A program made the translations under genes and the position numbers. 64,000 bases of DNA, taken from positions 186,001 through 250,000 of the forward strand of contig NW_026250407.1 of NCBI RefSeq assembly GCF_024521635.1. Reading direction: 5' to 3'. Positions 63,381 to 64,000 of this stretch are shown here, piece after piece. The DNA is from Tricharina praecox. Its lineage: Eukaryota. Below the pieces are notes generated by a model. That model ran no database searches. It was not told the DNA's origin and saw only the letters and a list, made by a program, of their open reading frames with translations. Each line of letters opens with the position of its first letter. The first letter of the stretch is position 1.

Positions 63381-64000
63381 AGCGAAAACGAATGAATCGA
63401 GCGGTGAGAGTGCTTCCGTGTAAGGTGGCGGTGGCTGCTCAGGATCCTGTTTGCTGTACGATGGCGAGGGGACGAGAGATGAAGGACCGACGACGGCGAC
63501 GAGACTCCCCGGTTGCTGCTGTTTCTGCGATTCCGCGGACTTGGACGAAGGTGATTCTGGCGGTGATGGGGGTGTGCTAGCAGACTCGGCGATTACTTCG
63601 GCGTAGGAAGACGGCTGCTGCGTGGAGGGAGCGTCCTCGGCGGTCGAGAAGTGCGACTGTAGGTGTGTAGAGGACGACACGTCGGGGAAGGCAAGGAGTG
63701 TTCTGCGGTGGTGAGCAATGTAGGAGGAGGCGAAGGAGCGAGGGTGGATTCGGAGTAGCCGTCAACGTGCATGCAGTCCAACGACAGCTGATCTGGCGGC
63801 GAGCGGAGGGCGGGCGGGCGGGAGGGCTGGGGTGTATAGTACCGAGTACGGACTTTGGGGTATCCAGATGTCGCTGGGCTGGGGCTCGATGAGGAGGAGG
63901 TTGTGTCTAGTGGTCGAGGGTTTACTTTAGGGGCGGATTGGGGTAATTGGGGTGTGTGATAGCCGCCGAGTTGAAGTTATCCTAAGCACCAACCAACCAG

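Overview
Intron-rich, GC-rich genomic DNA from a filamentous ascomycete (short GT-AG introns with CTRAC/CTAAY branch sites; a Pezizomycotina origin is inferred). About 17 protein-coding genes, in order: CCH1 Ca2+ channel (5' truncated), a short hypothetical ORF, PSF1, RCD1/CAF40 with a 56-Gln tract, KIN1-type kinase, GPATCH1-like splicing factor, a PHD-finger chromatin protein, a MATA_HMG-box factor, cpc-1/GCN4, SIR2, a type I membrane protein, two hypothetical proteins, GIR2, ACL4, a very divergent choline/carnitine acyltransferase and WHI2. A nest of transposon relics lies at about 41.5-44.7 kb: a hAT 3' end with a palindromic subterminal array, a 1.67 kb element with perfect 24-bp inverted ends, and a LINE 3' fragment. 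The most notable signals are translational-control architectures. cpc-1 has two uORFs, a 209-codon AUG-free in-frame extension and Gcn4-type sites. WHI2 has a similar arrangement of an overlapping uORF plus a 127-codon in-frame extension, which could instead be a 1-nt assembly error. Gene identities come from recognising motifs by eye; no database searches were run, and splice coordinates are manual predictions.
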